Positions 25,190-38,700 of a DNA stretch of 64,000 bases are shown here, one piece after another. Both the position numbers and the translations under genes were made by a program. Numbering within the stretch: position 1 is the stretch's first letter; the number at the start of each line of letters is the position of its first letter. Source of the stretch: Chiloscyllium plagiosum (Eukaryota); the NCBI RefSeq assembly GCF_004010195.1, contig NC_057726.1:22694600-22758599 (forward strand). Direction: 5' to 3'. The notes under the pieces were generated by a model. It did not search any database. It was not told the DNA's origin and saw only the letters and a list, made by a program, of their open reading frames with translations.

Positions 25190-26637
25190 ATAGAGTCATA
25201 GAATCGTAGAGGTGTACAGCATGGAAACAGACCCTTCGGTCCAACCCATCTATGCCGATCAGATACGCCAACCAATCTAGTCCCACTTGCCATCACCCGA
25301 CCCATGTCACTCCAAACCCTTCCTATTCATATACCCATCCAATTGCCTCTTAAATGTTGCAATTGTACCAGCCTCCAGCACTTCCTCTGGCAGCTCATTT
25401 CATACACATACCACCCTCTGTGTAAAAAAAGTTGCCCCTTAAGTCTCTTTTATATCTTTCCCATCTCACCCGAAATCTATGCCCCTAGTTCTGGACTCCC
25501 CAACCCCAGGGAAAAGACTTTGTCTATTAATCCTATCCATGCCCCTCATAATTTTGTAAACCTCTATCAGGTCACCCCTCAGCCTCCGATGCTCCAGGGA
25601 AAACAGCCCCAGACTGTTCAGCCTCTCCCTATAGCTCAAATCCTCCAACCCTGGCAACATTCTTGTAAATCTTTTCTGAACCCTTTCAAGTTTCACAACA
25701 TCTTTCTGATAGGAAGGAGACCAGAATTGCATGCAATATTCCAACAGTGGCCTAACCAATGTCCTGTACAGCCGTAAAATGACCTCCCAACTCCTGTACT
25801 CAATACTCTGACCAATAAAGGAAAGCATACCAAACGCCTTCTTCACTATCCTATCTACCTGCGACTCCACTTTCAAGGAGCTATGAATCTGCACTCCAAG
25901 GTCTCTTTGTTCAGCAACACTCCCTAGGACCTTACCATTAAATGAATAAGTCCTACTAAGATTTGCTTTCCCAAAATGCAGCACCTCGCATTTATCGGAA
26001 CTAAACTCCATCTGCCCATTGGCCCATATGATCAAGATCCCAGTGTAGTCTGAGGTACCCTTCTTTGCTGTCCACTACATCTGCAAACTTACTAACTCTT
26101 CCTCTTATGCTCGTATCCAAATCATTTATGTATATGATTAAAAAGTCATGAACCCAGCACCGATCCTTGTGGCACTCCACTGGTCACAGGCCTCCAGTCT
26201 GAAAAGCAACCCTCTACCACCACCACTCTCTGTCTTCTACCTGAGCCAGTTTTGTATCCAAATGGCTAGTTCTCCCTGTATTCCGTGAGATCTAACCTTG
26301 CTAACCAGTCTCCCATGGGGAACCTTGTCGAACGCCTTACTGAAGTCAATATAGATCATATCCACTGCTCTGCCCTCATCAATCTTCTTTGTTACTTCTT
26401 CAAAAAACTCAATCAAGTTTGTGAGACATGATTTCCCACACACAAAGCCATGTTGACTAACCCTAATCAGTCCTTGCCTTTCCAAGTACATGTACATCCT
26501 GTCCCTTAGGATTCCCTCCACCAACTTGTCCACCACCAACATCAGGCTCACTGGTCTACAGTTCCCTGGCTTGTTTTTAACCACCCTTCTTAAACAGTGG
26601 CACCACGTTAGCCAACCTCTCGTCTTCCGGCACCTCA
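25190..26637 (-). mobile_element. Relatively young CR1/HER1 3' part nested in the host CR1
   Basis: ORFs 25466-26035 and 26237-26671 with RT motifs; intact 3' tail. Confidence 0.9.
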
Positions 26638-27060
26638 ATTGTGTATAGGTGTATATGATCATGAGAGGCATGGATAAAGTGAATGCACTCAGTCTTTGTG
26701 CCAGGATTGGGGAATCGAAGACTAGAGGGCATCAGTTCAAGTTTAGAGGGGAAAGAATGAAAGGGAATCTGACGGGCAACTTTTTTTAAACACAGAGGGT
26801 GGTATGGCTATGGAATGAGCTGCCAGAGTAAGTGGTTGAGAAGGGTACATTTAACAATATTTAAAAGGCATTTGGACAAATACATGGATAATAAAGGATT
26901 AGAAGGATATGGGCCAAGTGCAGGGAAATGGGGTCAACGTGGACGGAAACTTTGGTTGGCATGGACCAGTTTGGGCCAAAGGGCATGTCTGCATGCGACA
27001 GGACTCTGTGACTCTAGGCAGCAATGCTGACAATGGAAAGAGAGTTGACAATGGAAAGAG

Positions 27061-27270
27061 AGTTGAAAATCACATAACACCAGGTTATAACCCACAGGTT
27101 TGTTTGGAAGCAATAGCTTTCGGAGTGCCACTCCTTCATCATCATAACCACATGACGAAAGAGCAATATTCTGAAAGCTAGTGCATCCAAACAAACCTGT
27201 TGTACTATAACCTGGTGTTGCGTGACTTTTAACTTAGCCCACCCCAGTCTAACACCAGCACCTCCAAGTA
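27061..27270. mobile_element. Older fold-back PLE-derived element (51560 family, opposite orientation)
   Basis: Inverted arms caccaggttata..caggtttgtttggaagc / gcatccaaacaaacctg..tataacctggtg; ccaccccagtc..cacctcc tail. Confidence 0.75.
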
Positions 27271-29769
27271 ATAGAGAGAGAAAAACAGTTCATGTTTCAG
27301 GTTGATGACTCTCAAGTACTTCTGACCTGAAGTACGAACTCTATTTCTCTCTCTCCACAGAAGATGTTAGCCTTGCTGAGTATTTCCACTGCTTTCTGCT
27401 TTTGGGTAAATATTACTAACTTGTTTACATCACAACGACACGAAGCATTCATTCAAGGGATCAATCCCCAGGAAGTGGAAGCAGCTTCAAGTTATGGAAA
27501 ATCCATTGGCCCTGCAGATAGATTTATGAACAAATTTAAATAATAAAAGTGTATTGCCAGAAATAATTGCTAAGAGGGAGTTAACTGCAGCATCAGAATT
27601 TTGGGACTAATATTTATGCTAACAATCTCCAGCTGGAATTACATGCGTCAGATTATTAACTTCTGAAGTTTACAGGACACAAAGTTGTTCTAACAATATT
27701 ATAAACTGCTGCTGTTTACAGGACACAAGGTTGTTCTGACAATTACCTGATGATAACATAGCAGATCATGTTGAAATTTTGTACATATTTGGTCATTGTA
27801 TCTTACAGTGCTTCTTACAGCAGATTTGTATTACTAACATTTAAGATGCCTGTTCTGGGGCAGGATTCTAACCAATTGAGTGCTAAAACGTAAGCATTTG
27901 CAAAAGTATTACACTCAGAACCATTTGGGTAAAGAAATAGAAGAAAAAATTATAAAAATGGAGGTAGGATAGAGTTGTTGATCTCCAAACACTTCACGCA
28001 GACAATGTATAGTATTAACAATTCCTGAAATTAAGCTAATGCACATGGTCAAGATAGGGTACAAGCAAACACTGCAGACACTAGAAAGCTAAAGTTCAAA
28101 ATAGGAAGTTCTGGAAATTAAACAGCATCTGTGGAAAGAAAGTTGCCACTTCACGTCAAACATGACTTTTCTCTGGAACAGAAGAGTAGAAATTTGATGG
28201 GTTATCAACTGTAGAAAAGGCAAAGAGTGAGAGAACAAAGTGAAAGTCTGGGATATGGTAGAGAGTGGGAGACATTTAATTATTGGAGTGTTATTTTGTG
28301 TGTTACATTTCACAGTTAGTGTGCAGGATATATTTTAAGAGAAATGCTCATATCATCACTGCATCATGGTCGTGGAACAAAAGGTAAAGGGGATGGTGCA
28401 AAATAGGAAGTTGCTGGTCTTGAATCACCAAACCCAAAACATTAACTCTGCTTTCACCCCACAGATGCTGTCAGACCTACTTAGTTTTGCCAGTGATTAC
28501 TATTTTTGTTTCAGATCTCTAGCATCCATAATTCTTTGTTTTAGTAAAAGGAATGGTAATTGTTGTGGTAAAGAAACAAAGTTCAGAGCAACATTTAATA
28601 GCAGAACAATCACAGCTCTATCTGAATGCAGAATATGAAAACAAAATATGTACTGGCACTTGGCAAAAGGAAGAAAAGAAAATCAAACTGGAAGACAGAA
28701 TTCATTGTTTGAAGTTAATCAACTCAATGTTGAATCCAGAAGGCTGCAAAATTCAATTGGAGTGTTATTTTGAATGTTACATTTCACAGTTAGTGTGCAG
28801 GATATATTTTAAGAGAAATGCTCATATCATCACTGCATCATAGTAAGTGACCTGAGCGTATAAAAGCCATAGTCTCCAACTTAACTGGGGTCACTTGAAA
28901 CATGACACACTGATGAAAGTGCACTATTATTTTAAAACATATAGCTGAATGATGGGCTGAAGGGCCTGCTTCCATGGTCTATGACTATTAGCCCAGACAC
29001 TGAAGTGCCTGTGACTACGCTATTTGTAAACACCAGGAGCTGCAATCAATGGCTGTTGAATCTTTCAGTACCTCTTTGTCCATGTTTAACGCTTATGTTA
29101 TGGGAGTGAACAGAAGTATTGCTATATAAGATAGATATCTTGCTAAAGTAGTGGTAGCCATTTATCAAAGAATTCAAGTTCTCAATGGCAGACACTTCGA
29201 AACCTCAGTAAACATCAATTAGAGGATAGCCCTTACCTTCCAAACATTTGGAAAATTGACAACCCTAATTTCTGAGAGTAGATGCAGAGCTTTAATGAAT
29301 AAAATACAACTTTAAAAACATTAAGAAGTAGTTTTGTGAACTAACCAGGTTTACCTAGTGTACAAATTGCTTTTTGTTCATGTCTCTCCACTTTAGTGTC
29401 AACATAAGGGGAAGACCATATGATGTCATCACTTCTTTATTGATGTAAGTGCCATCGAGCAGTAGAGACTAGCGACTGCAGGCCTGTATTATTAAAAGGA
29501 ACTGTTTGCAAAATGACTACAGCCTGGTAAAGGACCAGCAATTAGAAAAATAAAAAGAAATAGAAGGAAAAATAGGAAAGGAAAAGATAAAAGTAAAACC
29601 ATTTAAAGCAAACAAACACTACACCCTTTCTTAAAAAAAATCAGATATCAGCAAAGACCAAGCCAGATCTCAGAACAAAACACTGACAAAACAGTTCAAC
29701 ACCACATTACTGGCAGCAAGGGAACCCTCAAGAACATGCACAAATGCAAATGTATTAATGAACTCTACA

Positions 29770-30510
29770 GTCATAGAATCATAGAGGTGCACAGCATGGG
29801 AATAAGTCCCTTGGTTCAACTTATCCAAGCTGACTAGATATCCTAAATTAATTTAGCCCCATTTGCCATATCCCTCTAAATACTTCTATTCATATCCCCA
29901 TCCAGATGCCTTTTAAATGTTGTAATTGTACTAACCTCCACTACTTCCTGTGCAGCTCATTCCATAGACACACCACCCTTTGTGTGAAAATGTTGCCCCT
30001 TTGGTCTCTTTTAAATCTGTCCCCTCTCAACCTAAATCCATGCCTTCTAGTTCTGGACTCTCCCACCCCTGGGAAAACACCTTGTCTATTTGCCCTATCC
30101 ATGGCCCTCTCATGATTTTATCAACCTCTGTAAGGTCACCCTTCAGCCTCTGACGTTCCAGAGAAAATAGCAGCAGCCTATTCAGCCTTATAAACCTTTG
30201 CTGAATCTTTTCAAGCTTCACAGCATCCTTCCAATAGGAAGGAGACCAGAATGCACACAATATTCTAACCAATGTGGCCTAACCAATGTCCTGTACAGCC
30301 GCAACATGACCTCCCAATTCCTGTACTCAATGCTCTGACCAAAAAAATGAAAGCATACTAAATGCCTTCTTCACTATCCTATCCACCTGTGACTCCACTT
30401 TCAAGGAACGATGCACCTGCTGAACAAGGTCTCTTTGTTCAGCAACACTCCTCAGGACCTTACCATTAAGTGTATAAGTCCTGCCCTGATTTACCTTTCC
30501 AAAATGCATA
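29770..30510 (-). mobile_element. CR1/HER1 3' fragment
   Basis: Similar to 25190-25980. Confidence 0.85.
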
Positions 30511-30599
30511 TCTTTGATGGTGCCAAACCACTCCAGTATTATTAGAAATGCACTATTCAGGAAAGTGCAAAGCATTAAGGGGATGTGATCACCTAGTAG

Positions 30600-30890
30600 C
30601 ATCATCCTTGACTGTTCTGGGGACCTAGATTCAAATCCTGCCATGGAAGATGTTGGAACTTGAATTCAATAAAATATCTGGAATTAAGGATCTGATGATG
30701 ACCATGAAACCATTGCTGATTGTCAGGTTCACTCATGATATTCAGGGAAGGAAATCTGTAAGCCTTACTTGGTCTGGCCTGCATGTGATTCCCACAGCAA
30801 TATGGTTGACTCTCTACTACCCTCAGGGCAGTTACGAATAGGCAATGAAAACTAGCTTTGCTAGCAACATACACATCCCAAGAATTAGTA
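30600..30890 (+). mobile_element. tRNA-head SINE with LINE-derived tail (family unassigned)
   Basis: B-box-like gattcaaatcc; tail resembles the cttctcaagggcaactagggatgggcaataaatgctggcc seen at 58620-58680. Confidence 0.55.
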
Positions 30891-32270
30891 AAGCAAAACC
30901 ATTACATTCCTGATTTGTTCAATGGAGATTGTGGACACATTTTGGGAGGGAGTGGTCAATATATACTTCACTCACCATAGGATTCTCAGCCTTTGAGCTG
31001 ATGTGGTTACAGCATTTATTTTGGAGCAGAGAAGTGAAGATGACTAATGTCATGCCAACTGTTCTTAATGAAAACATCAAGGTTGGACGGAGGGAGGTTG
31101 GTGAAGGGAGTGCAGGAGCTTCAGACGGAACACAATCCTCATACAAACTGGACAGAAACATGGGAGAAGTAGACTTTACTGGTGTTTTCAGGTCTGAGCA
31201 TCCTGTGATCTGACAACATCATAATACAGTTCTTTAGGTACATCCTCAGTAGTTGTTAGTAAAGTACTGCGTCCAGTTAACCTTTCATGCCACAGAGTGT
31301 GTACCGGAGGTGGATGGAAGTGTCCTACTGATCAATGGGAGGACTCCTGCAGAAAGAAGTTGAGTGAAGGTGACTAAAGAAATGCTTAATAGTAATCAGA
31401 GTCACTTATTGCATGCAGATTATGTAGCATCACTGAGGGATAAGTCAGAGGCATGACCTTCCCAGAAGAAGGAATGGGGTCAGAGGGAAGGAGATAAAGG
31501 ATCTAGAGGGCATTGGTACCCAAAAATTATCTGCTGGTGGTCAAAGTAGGAGTCACTCTTTAGAGATAATCCAAGATGTTTTCTTTGTGAATATGTTTCG
31601 AGGGAAGCAGTGCAAAGTGATTTAATGCTGTGAAAAAGCAAAATGTAAATAACTGACAGAGAATGAAGCAGTTAGGAAATTATGGTGACATAGGCTATGC
31701 ACATTACTAGGAATGGATGACGATCATGATTTCAATAAAAGGCTGCTGAACGCAAAAACAGATTTTCATGAATAGATAGGAGGTCTGGCTCAAATTAACA
31801 GTAGAAAGTTAGAAAATAGCACAGCAGTGGAAAATTTCCAATATTTGATGCACTAAGCACAAAATAAACATATTCATACATGTCAAAAAAGGAGATACAT
31901 TAAAGCATAACATTTTTGGATAACAGGAAAAATTAAAACTATTAAAAAACTTGATAAGCAGCTTTTGATAAACCAGGAGTTAACAATAATGAAGGAAGTC
32001 AGGATTACTGAAAGTACAGTGGGGAAGTCGAGAGAAAGATTAAACAAGGTAACCAATAATACAAAGAAAACTAACAAAAAATATGAAAGGAAATAATGAG
32101 ATTTAATAAACCAATTAAAAGGAGAGTTGAACTATAGTGATGATGGAGAAAATCAAATTGTGAAGACTGAAAATGTTCCACAGTTGTTAAGGAAAAATAT
32201 ATATCAGATTTTACAAATAATGTTGGAAATGAGAACAACGTCGAAAAAAATGACAGCTTTTGTACTGGTA

Positions 32271-32667
32271 TTTAATTCACTGCTCCTTCACCTTTCAGAA
32301 GACCCCCTTGACAAAGCTCTGTTCTTCTCTCCAACAGGATTTCCCTTCATCTTTTCTTCCTTATTCATCTTCAATGCTTTCAATTTTTGCCTTGTAATTC
32401 TTTGGTGTATCTAACAAAACCTGCAGCCACATCCCCTTCCTTAAGACCTCCCAAACATTTTACATGAATTCCATTTAATTCACTGCCCCTTCACCTCTCA
32501 GAAGACCCCCTTGACAAAGCTCTGTTCTACTCTCCAACAGGATTTCCCTTCGTCTTTTCTGCCTTATTCATCTTCAATTTTTGCCTTGTAATTCTTTGGT
32601 GTATCTAACAAAACCTGCAGCCACATCCCCTTCCTTAAGACCTCCCAAACATTTTACATGAATTCCA
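32271..32667 (+). repeat. Tandem duplication, units of 203 and 194 nt
   Basis: 32271-32473 vs 32474-32667; a few substitutions and one 9-nt indel. Confidence 0.95.
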
Positions 32668-33249
32668 ATTGAAATTTCACCCATTGTATTTTGGTTTCAC
32701 CCACCAAAATACTGATGAAGAGTCTTCATCAACCTGAAATACTGAGCTGGGGGTTTAATGTTCTCCTGCCACTGGATTTTAATGCAGAGAAGAATGTCAA
32801 ATCCTGCAAGTGTTGTGCTGATTGTCTACCACACACATCCTTTACAACTTTACCAGTACAGCCACCCACCTGCCAATGTGCCAATTGATATCCTCCACTG
32901 GGCATTAAAGACCTCAGCCTCACGCTGCTGTGCAAAGACTAGAGCTCCCTCTGACCACAACAATGACCATATCAAGAAGCCAGCCAAACAGGTTTCCCTG
33001 ACCAGGTTGATGCCAGGCAAGATTGGGTGCTCTTTCTCAAGGGCCTCCCCCAAGGTGTAACCTCCCCAGCTTCCCCTTCTACCATCACCTGTGACACTCT
33101 GCCCTAACGTCTCACAGACCCTTCCCTTCCCCTAGCCACTTAAGATTCCAATGTAATGCAAATGTAGCACCCATTGTGGCCACTGTTCACTGTGGTGCTA
33201 CCAGACACTGATTGACCAGCATTTCTTGGAGGTGAGACGTTTTGACCTT

Positions 33250-33560
33250 GAGAATTATAGAATCTGTACTGGGTGGAAGCACACCATTCAGCTCTTTGAA
33301 GAGTATCCCATCCAGACCCACCCCAACCCTGTAAAACTGCATTTCCTTTGGCTAATCTACCTAGCCTGCACATCCTTGGACACCACAGATAGTTTAGCAC
33401 TGCCAACCCACCTAAATTGCACATCTTTGGACTGTGGGAGGAAACCCATGCAGACATAAGAGAATGTGCAAACTCCCATACAGTCACTCTTGGGTGGAAC
33501 TGAACCTGGGTCCCTGGCACTGTGAGATAGGAGTGCTAACCACTGAGCCATTGTGCCTCC
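33250..33560 (-). mobile_element. HE1-type SINE
   Basis: Reverse complement of the HE1 head and core. Confidence 0.85.
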
Positions 33561-34197
33561 CATTTCTGACCCATATCTAAGTTCACTGGGATATGGGAAA
33601 TCAGATGTGTCACAAGTGTGATGGTTCATCTTAGATGTGAAGGCCAATCCCAAATGCAGTCCAGTTGCCCTCACAATAAAGTACACTTTATTCCGTCTAC
33701 TGTACCTGAATGTGATGCATGTTTCTGAGGAGCTCTTTGGGAGTTTTAATGTAAATTAAAAATAGACTGGAATTAGAAAATAAATACTGAAAGAAAGCAA
33801 ATTGTAAATGAGAACTAACCACAATTTGTCAATAAATCCTAATACCAATGAAACACATAGAGCGAAAGGGGAAAGATGTTCATTTGATGTTTTATTAAAA
33901 TCAAATTTTTCTCGATACACTGAGCCAAGAAATATTTAAGTAATATAAATCACCAATATTAAACCTTATTGTAACTCTGCACAAATATCATGTTTATGAT
34001 CTACAAGGATGGGGACAGTCCTGCAGCAATAATTGCCTGTACAATTTTAGTACAATTTGGTCATAAATATCATGATCTTTTATATTACAACATTCTCTTG
34101 CTGCTATAAACAAGTCAAATAGAGTTCAACTTCTTTAATTATTGGGAAAATAAAAGAAAAAGCATTATTTGTTATGGCAAGAGGATACCACAAGTAT

Positions 34198-34429
34198 AAA
34201 AGCAAATTACTGCGGATGCTGGGATCTGAAACCAAAAGAGAAAATGCTGGAAAATCTCAGCAGTTCTGGCAGCATCTGTAAGGAGAGAAAAGAGCTGACG
34301 TTTCGAATCTAACTGCAGGACTGTCCCCATCCTTTGACAAAGGGTCAGTTAGACTCAAAACGTCAGCTCTTTTCTCTCCTTACAGATGCTGCCAGAACTG
34401 CTGAGATTTTCCAGCATTTTCTCTTTTGG
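34198..34429. mobile_element. Fold-back PLE-derived element with TSD
   Basis: 85-nt arms 34231-34315/34346-34430 (2 mismatches); TSD taccacaagtat at 34186-34197/34430-34441. Confidence 0.88.
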
Positions 34430-35292
34430 TACCACAAGTATTATCCTGGACTATTTCATCAACTTAAATAAACCAAATAGGAAACCCATAATTGTTTTAC
34501 TTGATGTCACATCAGCAACGTACACACAATAAACAAGGAATTTAATCTCACAAAAGAATCAACTAATACACGAACTGTTCTGACAGCTGTATTAATTCTT
34601 GATCTAATGCAAATTATAGTGCATAGAAATTCAGTCACATGTGGAAAATACAGGTTTGTACAGGTTGTTTGCATTCATGAATATTAAACTAATTTTGGAC
34701 AATGAGGAGTATGCATTGCAACTATGTTAGAACCATCTCAGACACTATTAATTTTACTGTAATTTTCCTGTTGATTACAAATTGATGGTGCTGTGAAATC
34801 CAGGCTTACCCATGTGATATTGCTGGGAGACAAACGAATGGTGTGCTAACCATCCAGTAGGAAACCTCTGTCGATTCAGGCTTAACGAATGTAGCCTAGA
34901 TCCACTCCTTATGTGCACCTTCATGTCCAAGTTTATTTCTTCAATGATTGCCTATTGGCTCAACTACTTACAGAACTGTGAAAGGTAGCGTAGTAGCTGC
35001 ATGGAAATAAACCAATACTCCTTCTTATTATAGCATTAATATTTAATTCTTCCTTTTTTGTTTATGGAAATGGAATCTGGGTCAGAGACTAGTGACCACC
35101 AGAAAAGTATCTCTGGAGCAGAACCTCACACTTTACCTTGGGGGAAACTCTTCTCAACCATCAACAAATACCGGAAACAAGAAACAAGTGAGACAGGAGA
35201 AAATACAGATTAATACCCTTCTCTAACAATTCAGGAGAATGTGAACATTCATATTCTTCCTTTTATTGTTGGTGGACTGACTGCAGAAATCA

Positions 35293-35529
35293 GAGCTGAA
35301 AATGTGTTGCTGGAAAAGCGCAGCAGGTCAGGCAGCATCCAGGGAACAGGAGAATCGACGTTTCGGGCATAAGCCCTTCTTCAGGAATGAAGAATGATTC
35401 CTGAAGAAGGGCTTATGCCCGAAACGTCGATTCTCCTGTTCCCTGGATGCTGCCTGACCTGCTGCGCTTTTCCAGCAACACATTTTCAGCTCTGATCTCC
35501 AGCATCTGCAGACCTCACTTTCTCCTCAA
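35293..35529. mobile_element. Young fold-back PLE-derived element with hammerhead cores on both strands
   Basis: Perfect 100-nt arms 35289-35388/35397-35496; TSD tgactgcagaaatca at 35278-35292/35530-35544. Confidence 0.92.
35397..35432 (+). ncRNA. Minimal type I hammerhead ribozyme motif (PLE-type)
   Basis: CUGAAGA-a-GGGC uuau GCCC-GAAA-CG-UC: conserved core, 4-bp stem II, palindromic ACGU helix III, GUC triplet; activity not shown. Confidence 0.65.
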
Positions 35530-38367
35530 TGACTGCAGAAATCACCCAAGGGTAACTTTGGATTACTTTGAAGGAAACTTTGAATAACACTGGTGCACAG
35601 GCACAAGTACTCACACAAAAAAGATAGTCACAGTGAAGGAGAATTTTAGCACAAAACTAGGTGCATTGGGCTTGGGGGTCAGACTTTAAACTTTTATCTG
35701 TCTGAACTCTGATTCCAACTCACCAACTTGTAGGTTTTAAAGAGGTGGGACAGAGGGTTTCAATTCTCTCTTTGGAGTTGGCTTGAAAATTTAAATTCTG
35801 TATATGCTTACATAAAAGTCAAATTCCTAAAACTAAATATTTGGTAAAAATGTAAGAGGTCAACTTTTACATGAGTAACATTTTGGCAAGGTTACATCCA
35901 CACTTCCTTGCTTTTGCAGAGTTGCCAGATAGGCGATTGTGTCGATTAATCTCGTCTGTAATAAAAGTGTAAAACATGCAAAAGACACAAGAACAAACAT
36001 GAGGAGCTGAAAAGCCACCTTCAATGGTGTGCTTCTGTCAAGTAACTTTGACATCAGCTTAAAGTGGTTGGTAAGTCTAAAAAGTTTAGATATTTTGGTT
36101 AAAATTCCAGGAATGTTGACACAATGTGTTTAAAAGTTTTATTTTTGACTAATCATTGGGGTCAGCTTTTACACAAGCTGACCATTATGAATACACACGG
36201 TACTGAAATGAAGGCAGCCTCTGATTTAACCTGCATCTCAAGTCTGGGTATTCAGAATTGTCAGGCCTTGTGAAAGAAAGCAGCTTAAGTGAGCTGAGGC
36301 AGCTTCAGGAAGGGGACAAGTGCCTTTACAGCACTGTATGTGTGCCAGGAGGAGCAGGGTTACTTACCCATGCAAAGACCCCAGAGGGAATCAGGTATCA
36401 CATTGCACTCTGTGATTAGAACACCCTTTCCACATCAGAATTAGGAGTCAGGATTGTGAATCAGATATGGTGATGTTTTTCAGAGTGCTCTTGTACAGCT
36501 TAAAGTCAAGTCCCTCACTTATGCTGACTATCATGTAGGGAAACTGTGACAAACAAGAGATGCAGGTAGCAGGGTTAAAGACGCATAGGATACAGGGTAA
36601 TCCAACTCTCATGTGATATCTCATTCCACTTCTGTTTACACAACCAACCTTCAGTTACTGTCCACGCGAGTAATTCAGAAGGAAACTGGACGTCTTGTTC
36701 TTCTCCGAGACACTTAAGGAGATATACTTACACACATGTATAAAACTATGTTCCATCAAAAGGACCAACAAATGCCCTAAAATGCCAAAATACAGAACAG
36801 AAACATTTCCAAAATCCTGTACATTGATGCATTTTGCATCAAAAAAAGTCACCTTTCATTGCTTGTACTTATTCATTTTGACTTTTGCTTGTGGAAAATT
36901 CTCCTTAAACTATTTTTGTGTTCTTCATACACATTTTGATGGAAATAGTTATATCCCCAATAATGCAAGCTGAAATAGAACTCTCTCAACATTTTGTCCT
37001 CTCCAGTCAGAGGATCTTAAAATGTCTTGACAACACAGTTGTTAGCAGTAGCCATAGCAACAAGCTGTGCTAAAATGCCAAGAACATCAGGTGAAATGTC
37101 TCTGGGGGATCATTGCAATTGGGCACCAGCAAATGGGCACTGCTTTATCATCAAATCCGAAATTCTTATTGATTGCAGAGGAAAATAAATGATGTGTACC
37201 ATAGGCTGCTAAATCATTGTAGTCTGGCTGTTGCTTAGGATCATTTTCACCCCTACTCTGAACATGGTCACATCAACATTGATTGCTCTCAGCTTTACCA
37301 CGTTATCTGTGAACACCATTAAATTATTTAACACAATTTTGTTTAAATATTTTGAAAAAAAATCAATAAATCAAAAGAGAATGAAAACGTTTGGTTCTAT
37401 AGAAAATAGCTTTTGTATTAATTCTAGTCAGTTAATATTGTTAGACATCTCATGATAAAGTAGACCAACAGACCAAAACAGCACATCTGCTTGCTTTCAG
37501 ATCTGATCCCTGGTAAGTTTAATTAAATATCAAAATGAAAAGACAAAGTGAAGTGGTGTTATTATTTAACCTATTAGGAAAAGAAAATATTTCTATAGCA
37601 AGTCAAATCCAAATATTTCAATTCAAAATCCTTTTAGATTTACCATTTTGAGTAAAAAGTCACATTAACTTTAAACGTTAAATTTATTTCTCCCTCCACA
37701 TATGCTGCTGAGAATTTCCAATATTTCACGTTCTTAGTTTCTCACCAGTTGATAAATGGTGGCATTTTGTTTTGTTTCAAAGTTCAGAAGTGCATTCCTT
37801 TGCTGCAGTTATTAATCATTATTTTGGAATCCAATAGCAGCTTACATACATTTGTACTGTAATAGCTGTCTATTAAGTGACACAACCAGTGGAAAAGCAA
37901 CAGGGTCATTTATGATTTGAATGGCTCAACATTGAACTAACTTACCACCAACAACCTTTGGCAAGGCGGTATACACAGATCAAACTGATGAGACCCCATG
38001 CAAACCTAGTTGCACTGCACTATGCAATTGCCAAGCATATCTCATTTACCAAAAGCTAATCCTGGAGATTTCACTTTTTTGAGTTCAATTTTCAAAATAA
38101 GATGTTTAAAACCCACAAGAAAATGATTATAAGAGATTCTGGAATGTGGATGTAAGTAATAAAATATTCATCCATTTCTAATCACCATTTCAATGCTGGG
38201 ACATTATCATGAGGTATTGCACCAATCTGTTGTTAGTAACATAGGTAATGTCATCATTTACACAATAACTAATCTGCTGTTCCTTGCAACTATTTTTTGC
38301 GAGTAAACACAAAGACCTCACCCGCCTTGTGTTGTGGTTAATTTCTGTCAATTCAAACTTGTGTTTT

Positions 38368-38700
38368 AGAGTCAAACAGCACAGAAACAGACCCTCCGAT
38401 TTGAGTTATCCATGCCAAGTTTCCCAAACTAAATTAGTCCCATTTGCCTGCATTTGGCCCACATCCCTCTAAACCTTTCCTATTGATGTACTTGTACAAA
38501 TGTCTTTTAAATATTGTAACTCTACCTGATCTACCACATCCTCTGGCAGTTCATTCCACATTTGAACCTGTGGTGAAAAAGTTCCCCTTAGGGTCTTTTT
38601 AAATCTTTCTCACCTTAAAATTATGTCCTTTAGTTTTAAACTCGCTAAAATTGGGAAAGAACTTTTGCTGATAATTTTATCTCTGCCCCTCATGATTATT
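38368..38700 (-). mobile_element. CR1 3' end
   Basis: Reverse complement of the CR1 3' UTR. Confidence 0.8.

Larger units (their letters stand above)
22900..27015 (+). mobile_element. CR1 LINE (ORF2 RT plus 3' UTR) split by three nested insertions
   Basis: ORFs 22829-23443 and 23401-23787 carry RT motifs (DFSKAFEKVP, GVPQG, FADDTK); host resumes at ~24388, ~24812 and ~26641. Confidence 0.85.

Noticed and set aside
35289-35496. MITE/DNA transposon or pre-miRNA interpretation of the palindromes
   Set aside because: Arms are asymmetric, TSDs vary from 9 to 15 bp, and the arm equals a PLE 3' terminus; nothing specifically supports miRNA processing
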